Source of the DNA: Octopus bimaculoides
Taxonomy: Eukaryota
DNA length: 64,000 bases
Assembly: GCF_001194135.2 (NCBI RefSeq)
Contig: NC_068991.1
Location: 52,489,497 to 52,553,496, forward strand
Direction: 5' to 3'
Part shown: positions 25,118 through 38,782 of the stretch, one piece after another
Numbering within the stretch: position 1 is the first letter of the stretch
How the letters are laid out: each line of letters opens with the position of its first letter
Made by a program: the position numbers and the translations under genes
Notes under the pieces: generated by a model
Database searches by the model: none
The model's input: only the letters and a program-made list of their open reading frames with translations
What the model was told of the DNA's origin: nothing

Positions 25118-25477
25118 NNNNNNNNNNNNNNNNNNNNNNNNNNNNNNNNNNNNNNNNNNNNNNNNNNNNNNNNNNNNNNNNNNNNNNNNNNNNNNNNNNN
25201 NNNNNNNNNNNNNNNNNNNNNNNNNNNNNNNNNNNNTTTTTTCTTTTTCAAAATCTGTTGATTATGTAATGTGCCGTTAATGACGGCAACTTGTGTATAA
25301 AATGATCAAAATAGAATTTGCCAGCGACTTGTTCATCCTGGAGATTGCAGCGCACAGCATTTACCTACCACCACCACCACATTGTAGTGATAGTTGTCTG
25401 CTGATTAGTAAGTAGATGTAGACACACACCCGCCCATAAATACACCATATATATATCTATATCTATATATATCTATC

Positions 25478-25548
<71 letters not shown>

Positions 25549-26322
25549 CACACACACGCACACACTAACGATAATGACTGATTATATGTCTTAATTTCAA
25601 GAAATTCGTACAGTACCTACCTATTCGTACATTAGCTATATTTTAATATCGTCCTTCTTCAGGACTTCACCAACTTCTGCGTACTTTGATGGTGGTGGTG
25701 GTGGCGTTAGTAGTAATAGTAGTAGTAGTAGTAGTTATTAAATATAAATTATATGAAAAACATAGAAGTAATTAACTAAATATATTTACGCTAAGATTAT
25801 TTGTGCAAATTCTTGAAATGACTTATATTATTTGGATGTCTTTCCAATTTTTCTCCACCTAATGACAGACAATGTGGAAGTGGTATTTACTTCTTAGCAT
25901 GAGCACATTTCAAGATTTAAACCTCAGAATATTCCTTCACTCATTCTAACACCCGTTTCCTTTGTGCATGTGTCCCCAATAAAAGCCTTAGTATATATTC
26001 AAATTATTAGATTTGCAGAACAATCCAACCCTCGCTAAATAAAAAAAAACAAGTGAACAAATGCATTACGTTCACAATGATGAAAAATCCTTGGCAAAAA
26101 ATTTTTCATTTTTCGAATTGTTCTTGTGGAGATACCACTTTCTAAACTAGGTGCAGTTTAATTTATGATGCTCATGAGCTGCGAAATGTTAGTCATCTAA
26201 ATTATATACAGACTGGAATATCCACTATTAATTTAAATCTTTAAACATTGTAGCCTCTCGCCTACATATGCGTATGCATGTTTTGCATATACACATGCAT
26301 ATATCTATATGTACATATACGT

Positions 26323-26392
<70 letters not shown>

Positions 26393-28444
26393 GTACCATC
26401 ATCATCATTTAGTGCTCGTTTTTCGTGCTGGCATGGGTCGGACAGTTTCAAAGGAGTTGGCAAGCTAGAAGAATGTACCTAGTTCTGCTTGACTACAGCT
26501 GGATGCCCTCCATAATGCCAACCACTTTGCAGAGTGCTTTTTACATGGCAGCAGTACCAGGAAGGTCATCGATTAGCTTGTAAGACAAGTGGGGAAGTAG
26601 TATTGAGGAGGTGGCTTCGTGCCAGGTGAAGAGAGATTAGAGTATGGTACAAGGACAGAAACAGGTGTCTTGCAGTAGAGGAGTTACAAGGCTACTCCAG
26701 TTGGAAAAAGAGAGAAGAGGGAGACAGAGAGAGATGAAGAAAATGTTTTGGGGCAACCCACATTTGTGTGTGTGTCTGTCTTCGTGCAGCTCTCTGGCTT
26801 ACCAATTCCAGTTAAATGATGATGATATATATATAAAGAGTGGGCATATGAGAAATCCAAGACAAAGATGTATGTATTTGTCAAGCTTCATTATGTTCAT
26901 CTGTATCATTACCTTCATCTTAGCTTGTCTTGGATTTTACTTATAGCCATTCTTGATACCTAGTCCTAGATGAAGAATTCAGAGTTTAAGTTGAAATTCA
27001 TTTGAGCACTAATGAGCATATCTTGCTCTCATCTATTATATATATGTGTGTGTGTGTATGGTTGTGTATATTTAAAAAAAAAAAAAGACTTCTATGGCAA
27101 CTAACAGAAAGGGCAAAATACAGACATCAATAACCCTTTTCATCTGCTAATTTTCATCCCAGAATTATTGGGATTTTGGCACTTAGAAAAAAGTTTGTGT
27201 CCTTCATTTAGAAAACGTCAGAGCAATTATATATGTATATAGACATGTATGTGTGTGTATGTGTATTCACACGCAAAGACATGTATGTATATGCATTCAC
27301 ATGTATGTATGTGTACATATATGTTTGTTTATATTTATATGTATTTAGTTATGTGTGTGCATGCGCTCGTGTTTATTGTTTTGAATTGGCAGCAATCAAA
27401 TCCTAACTGACATGAACTAAAACAAATATCACCTCAGTTTGGAAACCAAGCTCGTGCTGTCAGTGAGCTATTAGTGAAATAATATCAAAATATTCATTTC
27501 TGATTCAACTATCATAATAGATACACGAAAAAGCTATATTAACCCCAATAAAGTGTAAATGTGATGAATTTTGGACTCTGTGATAAATCCTTCTAAATTG
27601 GTGAAATTATTCCATGGAGGTTTTAAAATCCCACTATATAGGCTAATCTTCAAGAAAGAAAGAACACACACACTTGCACCATCATTCTTCTTAGAAATTT
27701 ACTTGCTTCTCAACTTTGCAGTGGTCCTTGCTTTGTTGTGAAAAATGTTTCTCTGTGTTACAGATGTAAAAATAAAAAAAATTTGACAAGCTGTGCCAAG
27801 GGTAAAGATATAATTCCAAGAATTTCTTTGGTCCCAAAAATGTGCCTTTCAAATTTAAGCAATTCGGTTTCCAGTTTACCTTTCATATGCAACAAGCATG
27901 AACAAGAAGGTACAAGGAACAGACACCCAGATTGGTCTGAATCAATTTGAGACCTCAGTGTTTTGCCCAGGGTTTTCCAATCTGTTCTTTTTAGTTTCCG
28001 ACAGAAAAATGAAGTATTTTGTATTGCCAGACATTTCAATAAATATTTGGAAAATATACAATTACTAAAATAATTCTTGTAGACCAGTGGTCCTTACTAG
28101 AGTCCATATAAGATTTTGGAAGTTCAGGCAAGTAAAATATTAAATTGGGGGCCAACAATAGTATATATAGGATCTGTGAACAAATTTTGCTTTAGGTGTA
28201 TTTTTTGCAAGAAACAGCTAGGTTTGTTTCTCAAGCGTTTTATGTAGTTCAATCTACACAAGTTAATGTGTGAAAAACAAAATAGAAATTTTAGAATATC
28301 TATCTATTAAGCTAGCTTATAAACAGTAATCAAAGAGATCCATATGTAAAAACTGGCTGAGAACCACTGATATAGATTAATTATGTAAATTAGTTTTCTT
28401 AGAAAAAATATATTATTGAGAGTAAAATTTAATTTTAGGTTTTA

Positions 28445-28805
28445 AAGCGATGGCTGTGTGCTTAAGAAGCTTGCTTTGCAACCACATGGTTTTAGGTTCA
28501 GTCCCACTGCATAGAACTTTGGGTAAATGTCTTCTACTATACTTCCATGTTAACCAATTCCTTGTGAGTGAATTTGGTTGACAGAAACTATGTGGAAGCC
28601 CATCGTATATGTGTGAGTGTGTGTGTCCTTCCTCATAACTTGGCAACTGGTGTTGTCTTGTTTACATCCTTATAACTTAGCAGTTTGACAAAAGAGATCA
28701 ATAAAATAAGTACTGTAGTCATTTTGTTAGACTAAACCCTCCAAGATGGTGTTCCAGCATGGCCACAGTCCAATGACTGACTCAAGTAAACAATAAAAGA
28801 TAAGA
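28445..28805 (+). mobile_element. SINE family A copy
   Basis: Family A blocks. Other partial copies at ~108-300, 3201-3340, 40490-40760, 49225-49420(-), 53911-54102(-), 63275-63565. Confidence 0.8.
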
Positions 28806-28989
28806 TTTGTACATATATATGTATATATATGTATATATATATATGTACATATATATATATGTNNNNNNNNNNNNNNNNNNNNNNNNNNNNNNNNNNNNNN
28901 NNNNNNNNNNNNNNNNNNNNNNNNNNNNNNNNNNNNNNNNNNNNNNNNNNNNNNNNNNNNNNATATATGTATATGTATATATATGTATA

Positions 28990-30467
28990 TATATATATGT
29001 ATATGTATATACTTCTACATTTCAAAATCTCAATACAGAGACCATCCATCCCAGGCAGCTTAATATTATTTAACTTCTTTACTGCATTTTCACCTTCTTC
29101 TAGGGAAGTTTCTGCCGTATGTTCTTTTGTGGGCATCTGGGAATCAAACCAACAAACTTGCCATCAACCAGAGAAGGCCTATTTAAAAGTTAGTTAAAAT
29201 GTTCTTGCCACTTGATAAGAATATCTTTAAGATCTCTGAGAAATTCTCTGCCACCCAGAGTATGCAGAGGCACAACAGAAAAGAGAGATGTCCCATAAAT
29301 TTCCTACAAGTTATACAGAAGCTTTGTTTTGTTTTGATCATATGCCAATTGGATTTTATCTGCTTTATTCTCACCCAAGTATCATGAAGCCTATGTTGTA
29401 CCTTACACTTCATCTCACTGTTCAAGCTTTCATTCTTATATATTTCTGGTTCTCCACCAACAACTCTTGTATGCACAACATTCTTTCCATTTAATAATGT
29501 TTGAACTTCATCATTTTCGTTAAACCAGTCTTGATGTTTTCTTTCCACTAAATGCAGATCATCTTTGCAAATGCCAGAAACAGATGTTTTGAACTCTTCC
29601 CATAAGTCTTTGAATGCAATATCATCCATTCTCTTCACCAATTTTTCTTTATTAGCATCTTCTTTCAGATGAGTCACAGTTTCTTTGGAGTGGTCACACC
29701 ATTGGCTCTTACTTTGATTTTCTTAAAGTTCATCTTCGCACCAGCAAAACATTGGTCCATCAAGAATTCAGCTTCCCACATAATGTGGACACTACACACA
29801 TCACACCTAACAAACAAGAAGAAAATCATGTGCCACTGTTTCAAACCTGGATGCTTCCAGGTTATTTTGCATTTATATTTCTGCTGGAACATGGTGTTTG
29901 TTATGCAACCATGCTTTCCAGTTACACCCCAGGTTTGGTAATTCTTGACAACTCTAGCATTGAAGTCACCAAGTATGATGAGTTCCTCAGCACAAAGAAT
30001 ATAGACAAGCTCCTTTAGCAAAAGCTAAAATGCTAGTTCTTCATCTTCAGAAGAACACAGAAATGAAGTATAAACACTTTCTGGGGTAACAAACCTGTTG
30101 TTTGACAATGACATGCTCATTGACATCAGGCAATCAGTAAATCCATATTGGGTTTTATTGAAGCTGAAAAGACTTGAGAAGCTGTTACCTAGAGTTTCAA
30201 TTAACCAATTATCAGATGCCTGTCTGATGATCAGTTACAGGAAACTCTGAGTAACAGTTTGTCAAGTCTTTTCAACTTCAATAACTATGTCCATGTGTGT
30301 GTGTGTATGTGTATATATATAATAACCATGTGTATATTTGAACAAACTTACATGTTTTTTTAGAAGCATCAAATGTGTAGTTTACAGTACAGACAAGAGG
30401 ATATTTTGAATGCAGTATCACCATTAGAGCAGCAGAAAAACTGGGTGTTAATACCTTTACAAGGCAG

Positions 30468-30505
<38 letters not shown>

Positions 30506-30960
30506 CAAAAAACACATGCAGATACACTGACATGCGCATGCGTGCATGGTAGTTGCTGACTTGTAAATGAGTATGACCATCACTGAGAAATTATCTTATC
30601 CGAGATGTAAAAAAAACAATGGCTGACAGTAATGCCTATACTGAAATTTGAAGTCAATATCATCTCTGCACAACACCACTAAGACTCTCACCTCCATAGC
30701 AAGTATTCCAGATACATAAAAGAGCAAAATCACCAGCTTCCCAATGCGGCAGGTGTTATATTGGAATTTCCTTCTTTTAGAAAGATGTCTAAGAACTCTC
30801 ACTCCCATTTGTTTAATGGCCATTGACTCTACTGAGCTCATCTGTCCTTTGACAAGCGTTGTTTTACATCCTGCAGGGTGTCCAATTCAAACCATCCTCC
30901 TTACCAAGCAAGCTTGATAGGGTTACCAGTTTAGTTGCCAATGGTCTGACCATGAAACAC
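28990..30960 (-). mobile_element. Second RTE-type LINE family (BovB-like), endonuclease/linker remnant, interrupted
   Basis: ILGDFNARV, ITNTMFQQKYKCKITWKHP, KHQDWFNEND, KLPGMDGLCIEILK. Confidence 0.8.
30155..30284. repeat. 130-nt imperfect hairpin inserted in RTE remnant
   Basis: TTATTGAAGCTGAAAAGACTTGA / TCAAGTCTTTTCAACTTCAATAA outer arms, inner arms down to TATCAGA-tgcctg-TCTGATG. Confidence 0.8.
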
Positions 30961-31305
30961 TGTGTACTGGGTTACATGTTACAAGTAGCTTTAAGAATGA
31001 TCTGACCTCCCCCACACACACATGTATGATTATGTGTGTGTATATATATTATTGAAGTATATATATCTATATATACAGATAGACAGATATAGACATTTAT
31101 GTATACATATATAGATGTATGAATATATTTGTGTATGTAAGTATACATATGTATGTATATATGTGTGTATACAAATATGTACACATATACCCACCTGTGT
31201 ATCATACTTAATGTATTCACACTGTCAATAGGCCAGTTACTGAAGTATTTGTCCTGAGATAACATCTCTTATGTACATACTGTGCTAAAAAAGCATAATA
31301 TGTAT

Positions 31306-31372
<67 letters not shown>

Positions 31373-31454
31373 GAAAAGTTGACAGTGACTTTGAAGTTTA
31401 TGTTTGCTTTTTTGCCTTTATCAGTCACTCTGTGTGTATGTATACACACACACA

Positions 31455-34400
31455 CATTATATATTATTATCGTCATTTAATGTCCATGTTCCATGCTGGC
31501 ATGGGTTGGACAGTTTGACAGGAGCTGATGCATGGACTACATCATACTGCAGTATTTGCTTTGCCATGGTTTCTGTGACTGGAAGCTCTTCCTAATGCCA
31601 ACCACTTGCAGTGTGTACTTTGTTTCATGTCACCAGCATTAGTGAGGCTGTCAAGCAGTTTACAAGGACATGAACCCCAAGGGGTATGGGCTTTATGCTA
31701 GGAGATGAGACAGAAATGATAGGTAAGAGCATGAGAGAAGGAACCACAGTAGAATAGGTTTCTTGCTATAAAAGAGCTACATGACAACTCACATTTTAGA
31801 AGAGAGGGTGGGAGTGATCGAGTGGGTCAGAGCACAATGGGGAGGAGGGAGTAGGAGATGACTGACAGTGCTGAGCAGCAGAACAATACTGATGAAACAG
31901 TTGACAGGAGGAAAGAAGAGTGCTTTTAGATAAGTTACAGGAGTGAGTGAAGAAGAGATTGGCAGGCATGGTGCATAAGAAGGGTGAGAGACGTGTGGTG
32001 GTGGGGAAGGATAGTTGTTGATTCAGTAGGCGGGGTGATCAGTGGAAGGGTAGGTAGAGGGAACTGTATTAATGGATGAAGAGGGGATAACAAATGAAAT
32101 GGGTCTGAGTAATAAGAAAAGTAAGTGGCGTCAAGAAAGAACAGCAGTTACAAAGGTGATGGGTTGTGGGGGTGTGAATGTCTTTCTGCGAAGAAGAAAA
32201 TAAAGCAAAGGACCCTGTTGTACAAACACACACACCTACACAGCTGATTTGAAATTTAGTTTTGCCATGGTGACAGGTCTTACCAAAAACTATATTCGCT
32301 AGTCATCTTGGTCCTTTGTCATCTTTTCCATCAGGTTCAAGGTCCTGAGATCAGCTTCCACCACTTATCCCATTTTTTGGATTTCCCTCTTTTGTAAGTT
32401 CTATTCATACTAAGTGACCAACACTACTTTATACAGCATTACATGTACAATACCAGCACAGTCTTCTTTCTTGCACACTGCATCCAATTCTTTTTATGCC
32501 CTGTTTTTCTCTCAGCACATTTATACTATGTCATTTATGCACATCCACTGGAGCATGCTTGCTTCATTTCTTACCAGTCTACTCAAGATTTCTGCAATGA
32601 AGCCCCCTGTCTCACTACCATGCAGTATTGTGGTTCTAATACAAACACCATACAAATCTACCCTTCACTCTGGCTACTATACTTTCAAAGCAATCACCTT
32701 CCTTGCTAATTACATTCCTTAAATAACAAAAGCTGTCTACTATTTCTGGTGAGTCATCTGGGCATTTAAGTGAAACTATTCCCAGTGTACTCTTAGTTTA
32801 TACTGCTCCAGTGCATCTATCACATATGAAGCTTACATTCTCTGTTAATCTGCCTGTGATTCTACTGCATCTCTTGTATGTCCATAGCATAACATTCAGT
32901 ACAGTGTATAGGGTGACCATTTCACTGAAGATACCAGGATTTTGACTTCTGTACTCACTAAACCCTTTGTTTTTGGTTGGTCTACCCTAAGACCTCTCAA
33001 TCCTTGGTCTATTTTCCAAGCCTGGAATTTTGTAATTCCTCTAGATTTAGCTACAAGAACTAGATCGTTAGTATATATAAATTCCCATGAACAGCTCCTC
33101 TTCAACTCCTCTGTGATATCCTGTTGGACTATGACAAATAGGAGAGGACTAAGATTTGATAAAGTACCTTCACACTAAATTTGCTGCTGAAATTGTTGTC
33201 TGCTCTCACTTTAGTCCATGCATATTTGTACATAGCATATGCAACCCTTACAAGTCATTCATCTACACCTACTTTCCTTATTGACCACCTATTATGGAGT
33301 GTGGACTACTTTCTCTAGATCAATGAGACCCAAGAATAGCAGTTTAGTCTTAGCCAAGTATTTCTCCTGCAGTTGCCTCACTAGGAAGACTTCATCCATG
33401 GTGTCTCTTTCAGGGACAAGCCAAACTGCATCTCATTTAGGTCTACTCACATCAATTGGGTTATGACTCTTTCTCTATGACCTTCATAACCTGATTCAAT
33501 AGTTTGAGCGCTTTATAGTTGCTTCTCTCTAAAGCTTTTCCTCTGCCTTTGTATCATTTTACAATGATGCTGCTACACCAATCATTGGGTATGACACCTT
33601 CCTGTATAACTTTATTTACTCTATAGGTGGTAATCATGCATCCTGCCTCGCCAAATATTTTTGAGCATTTCTGCAACTGTCACTGATAGACCTGCAACTC
33701 TTTTTGTCTTCATGTCCTTGACTATTTTATCTACTTTGCTGCTGTCAATTTGAAGAATTGTTAATCCTTCAGTGAAGTCAGTAGTCCCCCTTTTCACAGT
33801 AGCACTTCGATACCAGTTTCTTTGGTTCCATGACAATGGTGAATATACCTTCATCATTTCAAATACTCTTCTCACCAATGATATCTCAGTTCTCTCTCAC
33901 ACATTGTTTCACAGTCCTGAACACTTCGCAACTCTGATCTTCACATTGCAGGATATGTGCAAATCTCTTTCATTTTGCCTTACCTTTAGCCAAATAACTG
34001 CTCTTTTAACTGTTCGATAATGCTCAACCTTCTTTCCAAGTTTTCGAAACTTGTCTCTTATCTTTTACTGCTATATCAACCTTATCATTTTCTCGTCATG
34101 TTTCTTTGTTTTGACTGGAATTTTGTTCCAGCCACATGTTTGGTCTGTAACTCTGAGAGGGTTATTTTTTTAGAAATTCGGAGTTGTCATCTATACCATT
34201 AGTATCTAAATCTTCCTCCCTACAGTCAAATGCATCAATTAGAATTTCTCTAAACCTATTGCCAATTGTAGGATTTTCTAGTTTCCATATCTTCCTTTTC
34301 CAAGCTGTCTTTTATTTCAAAGTCTGCTTAGCTGTGACTCTGAAGTTGCTGGCTACCATTCTATGATTTGCAGTGCATCCTTCGCCAGGAAAGGTTTTGG

Positions 34401-34650
34401 TATTTACAATAGCTTTTCTGTCATGTTTCCTAATGAAAATGTAATCTGTTGTGTGTTTGCCAGATTATTAGATGATGAGGTGGTTGGCTGGTTTCCTAAA
34501 AGTGTGTGCTGCAAATTGTTAGATTAGCTAAATCACAAAACACCAGGAGCGTTATACCCTCCTCATTTCTTGAACTCATATCTCTAGCTTCCTTGTATTT
34601 CTTGAAATTGCTGACCATAATAATGAGGCAGTCTACAGAAATATATATAT
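31455..34650 (-). mobile_element. Old, long RTE LINE remnant (EN + RT + tail)
   Basis: EN-like FRKPANHLII..DYIF.RK..KTFPGEGC..HRMV, RT-like SWEFIYTNDL, and 3' tail similar to the younger RTE copies; heavily degenerate. Confidence 0.8.
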
Positions 34651-34749
34651 ATACTTTTACAAGGAATAAATTAACAGACTGATGAAGGCAAGCAAACCAA
34701 AACTTCAAAGTCACTGTCAACCATTTCCTTTTAAAAGTTTTTTCTTTTT

Positions 34750-35022
34750 TTTTTTATTCTTTTACTTGTTTCAGTCATTTGATGGTGGCCATACTGGAGC
34801 ACCACCTTGAAAGGTTTTCGTCAAACAAACCGACCCCAAGACATTTTTTTTAAAAACCTAATACTTATTCTACTGGCCTTTTTTGCTGAACCACTAACTT
34901 ACAGGAATGTAAACACCAACTCCGGTTGTCAAGTAGTGATGGGGTGACAAACAGACACAAAGATACATATACAAATACATACATATATATATATGTATGT
35001 ATATATATACATATACAAATAC

Positions 35023-35055
<33 letters not shown>

Positions 35056-35205
35056 CGTATGACAGGCTTCTTTCAGTCTCCATCTACCAAATTCACTCAC
35101 AAGGCTTTGGTCTGCCCAAAGCTATAGTAGAAGACACTAGCTCAAGGTGCCATGCAATAGGACTGAACCTGGAACTATGTGGTTGGGAAACAAACTTCTT
35201 ATCAT
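34750..35205 (-). mobile_element. SINE family A copy, antisense
   Basis: Reverse complement of family A; partial second copy at ~35915-36150. Confidence 0.8.
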
Positions 35206-36189
35206 ACACCCACTCTTTTACACACATATATATATATATATAAACATATGCATTTATACATGTGTGCACACATATACAGACATGGTCATAAATGGGTCAT
35301 CCCTTGCTATTGCACTTTCCGAAACACATGCAAGCATGGAAAAACAGACATAAAATAAATAAAATGAAGGAATATATGCATGTACATGTAAGTATGTACA
35401 CCTATTTCCAAAATTATAGATGAAATTGAAAACATACACCCATCCATATATGCATGGGTATTTCTAAGTATGCCTACATGTATGGCTTCATTGATAGACA
35501 TTTGCACTTAAGTATAACAGTATATAAAGCTGTATATAGAGCTACATGAAACAGACATACAAACATGAATTTGTGATTTACATATGCATGAATAAATATA
35601 GATATATGTATATCTTTGCATATGCATGCATGAACAATATATTTGGGTGAATGTACATCTATATTAACAAATGCAAAATTCTGTCTGTCTAGGACTCCTG
35701 TATCTCAGTCTTCGTTTGCTCTATATAGACATATCATAGCTTTTTGGAATCACGATGATCTCGGGACTGAAAATCTGCCCTTCATTTGGTTCTTGAACAT
35801 CCAGCATTGGGATCTGATTTGAAAGCATTCGGGTTGCTATTTCGAGCAGGTAAAGTGACTGTGAGAAGTACAAGAATTAACCTCTCTTAGCTTTAAGTTT
35901 TACTAAGAAATTTAGTGGTTCTTTTATCTTTTTTAGTCATTAGACTGCAGCCAGGCTGGAGCACTGCCTGGAAGAATTTTAATTGAATAAATCAACACAA
36001 GTTCTTTCTTTTTTTTTATACCTGGTACTTTTTTATAGGCCTCTTTTACTGAACCACTAAGTTACATGAATGTAAACACAGCAACACCAGTTATCAAGTG
36101 GTGGTGGGGTACAAACACGGACATAAAGTCACAATACATATATACATGCACACACACGACTGCTAAATCCACAAGTGTTTTTTATTCTC

Positions 36190-36340
36190 TCTCTGTTTAT
36201 TTACTCATGTTCCTTTCTGTTGAAGAGCGTAGGCTCGAAACATAAAAGACTTTCACTTTCCCAAGCATCAAACTAAAACACCTGTTTGTTGTTTATACAC
36301 CTGCCTTCATCTTTTGTTTTTCTGTAAATTTCAACTATAT
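36190..36340 (+). mobile_element. Solo pLTR-like fragment with hammerhead-like motif, abutting (TA)n/gap
   Basis: CTTT-CTGTTGA-A-GAGC(gtag)GCTC-GAA-ACAT-A-AAAG at 36213-36248: stems I and II perfect, core A6U, stem III ACAT consistent with CpG decay of ACGT. Confidence 0.55.
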
Positions 36341-36860
36341 ATANNNNNNNNNNNNNNNNNNNNNNNNNNNNNNNNNNNNNNNNNNNNNNNNNNNNNNNNN
36401 NNNNNNNNNNNNNNNNNNNNNNNNNNNNNNNNNNNNNNNNNNNNNNNNNNNNNNNNNNNNNNNNNNNNNNNNNNNNNNNNNNNNNNNNNNNNNNNNNNNN
36501 NNNNNNNNNNNNNNNNNNNNNNNNNNNNNNNNNNNNNNTATATATATATATATATCTTCTATTCAAATTTTAAAAGAACTTCAAAGATTTGTGAAGTTAC
36601 ATGTTTTTCATTTAAACTGAATTTAAAGTAATACCATATTGGTAGGGTACCAATAAATGCTTTATTATTATTGCTTTCTTTGGTTTTGGGCCACTGGTCC
36701 AATGAGCCCTCTGCAGGAACTAGCTTAAAAGTCTACACGGAATGCAGCTTTTCAGCTATTATACAAATATAAGCATACTTACACACATAGTTAAATAGAT
36801 ATGAGATAATTGTTAATCATAAAATATGTATATAAATATAGTAGGGCACACTGTGTAAGG

Positions 36861-37521
36861 CAGGGGTCGGTGAACCAGGGTAAATTAGCCCAAGTGGGGT
36901 AAAATGAAATGAGGACTCATTAGACATAAGTAAAATTATATAAAAAATGGGTACGGCAAATTTTTCTTCTGACAATATTGCATCTGTCCAGTGTAATGGT
37001 CATGTTTAGGAGACATAACATGATATTGAATTACAAACAATTTGGTTGCTAAAGCGTTGTCAAGTGACTAAACTGATTTTTATGTGTCAGTTGTCTATTA
37101 CCCGTCTTAACCTTATTTTTTGACACGTGTTTTTGCTTTGTTTAAGTAGATTTAAGTAGCTATTCAATTCAACCCTTTAACAAAATCAATTTGACCCTAA
37201 GACTGTATTCAAATTGCTCTGGTATCAAAATGCCCCAATTTTGATGTAATTGTAACAAAAATGAAACATCATTTCTCCAAAACCTGAAGTGAAAAAATTT
37301 CTAGAAAAATTCTTTTGTTTCATAATGAGGATATTAATTTATTTTATCGCATTTGTTTTATACTTTTCATTTTATAATTGTATTCTCTATATAAAAATAG
37401 ATTCAATAAACCTTTTGTATTCAAAGAATCTATGATTTTCTTCCTTTCAAATCAAGTGGAGTAACATTGGTGTAAATAAATATATTTTAGGGTAATTGGT
37501 TAAAACGTTCCCTGACCCCTG
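36861..37521. mobile_element. Non-autonomous hAT element (661 bp)
   Basis: TIRs CAGGGGTCGGTGAAC / GTTCCCTGACCCCTG; 8-bp TSD GTGTAAGG / GTGTAAAG (7/8). Confidence 0.82.
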
Positions 37522-37539
37522 GTGTAAAGGGTGAGAAAA

Positions 37540-37900
37540 AGCAGGTATGCAAATTTATAGAAAATCTGGAGTGGTACAGACAGAATTATAAGTCAATGTT
37601 GTTTTAAATGATGCATATGTCTGTGGAAAAATACAGATTGAATATTTGAAACAAGTATAAACCGATGAAAGTTGATAAGGTTGGAGCTGGTTTAAAGAAA
37701 GTCTGCTGCAATTTGCCTGGATATGATGTGTGTTATATGTGGTATAAAACTGCGAAAAGGAATGGTAGCAGGCCAAAAGATATTGAGTAGCAGTAGAAGA
37801 AAAGCAAGAAAGTTTCATAAGAGTCAAGAGTCATGCAGTGAACTCTTGCAAAGTTGAGTGTTTGTTGTACAAATTTTCCATTATTAGGGCATGAAGCAAC
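37540..37900 (-). mobile_element. Possible ancient CR1-like 3' remnant
   Basis: Weak similarity (LLFFYCYS; IFPQTYASFKT) to the 3' end of the 5.3-5.9 kb LINE type. Confidence 0.35.
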
Positions 37901-38749
37901 TAGTTCTAATTTCAAAATAGTTGTTATGATTGTATTAGAATTTTGTATTTCTCCTAGTTGAGGAGGTATTTATACTCTAACTGATATATGATGTGGATTC
38001 AATAACTGACAGATCAGTATTGTAGTTATGAATTGCCATGGTCCTTCAGATTCCAAATGTACTTGGAAAGTAATGTTGTAACTCATTTTTTTAATGACAA
38101 TGTAGACTGGTTACACCCAGGTTTGAAAATAATTTCGATAGGGTTTATGTAACTCATTGTTTTTGCTGACTCTTTTTGAAGGCATTTACCATTTAGTGGA
38201 TGTTACTGGTGAGCAAGCTGCATTATGGGGTTGGATTTTGCTCCAAACTGTGGAAATTTATGAAAACTTTGCACAATTGAAACAAATTTGGAAATTAAAG
38301 TATATTGTTGACACACTTGAGTATAAATGTTTAATTTATAACAAGTTATTTAAGTGGACACTTTTTCTCCTCTGCTACTTCCCCTCCGCAACTCAGAAAA
38401 CCTGAAAGAATAGGATTTCTTTCTGTTATCCTTTTGACAAACATCAAATATTGTAATTCAACATTCAATTAGTTTTTGTATATTGTTTCAAGATTCAGAG
38501 AATACCAAAAGTGAAATTAAAGCTTTTCGAAAAAGAAAATTTTCTGTTCCCCTCTGCAATGACACACATTTTGTGTTCTACAGCATCAGAAGATTGTTAT
38601 ATTAAAAAAGCCACACAGTGGCACAAGTAACTTTGTAAAATCTAGAAGTTTCACTGCCCAAACAGACTCCAATGTCAAAATGTTAAGAAATTAATATGAG
38701 AAAAGAACTACCGATTTCCCTCCCCACAACATATGGAACACTGTGAAGT

Positions 38750-38782
<33 letters not shown>

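Noticed and set aside
27738-28039. 93-aa minus-strand ORF
   Set aside because: No recognisable domain and no splice signals; left unassigned.
30224-30250. CTGATGA...GAAA as a hammerhead (also CTGATGA at ~8012 and ~17642)
   Set aside because: No stem II/III arrangement; these lie in a hairpin arm, a mariner and an RTE remnant respectively.
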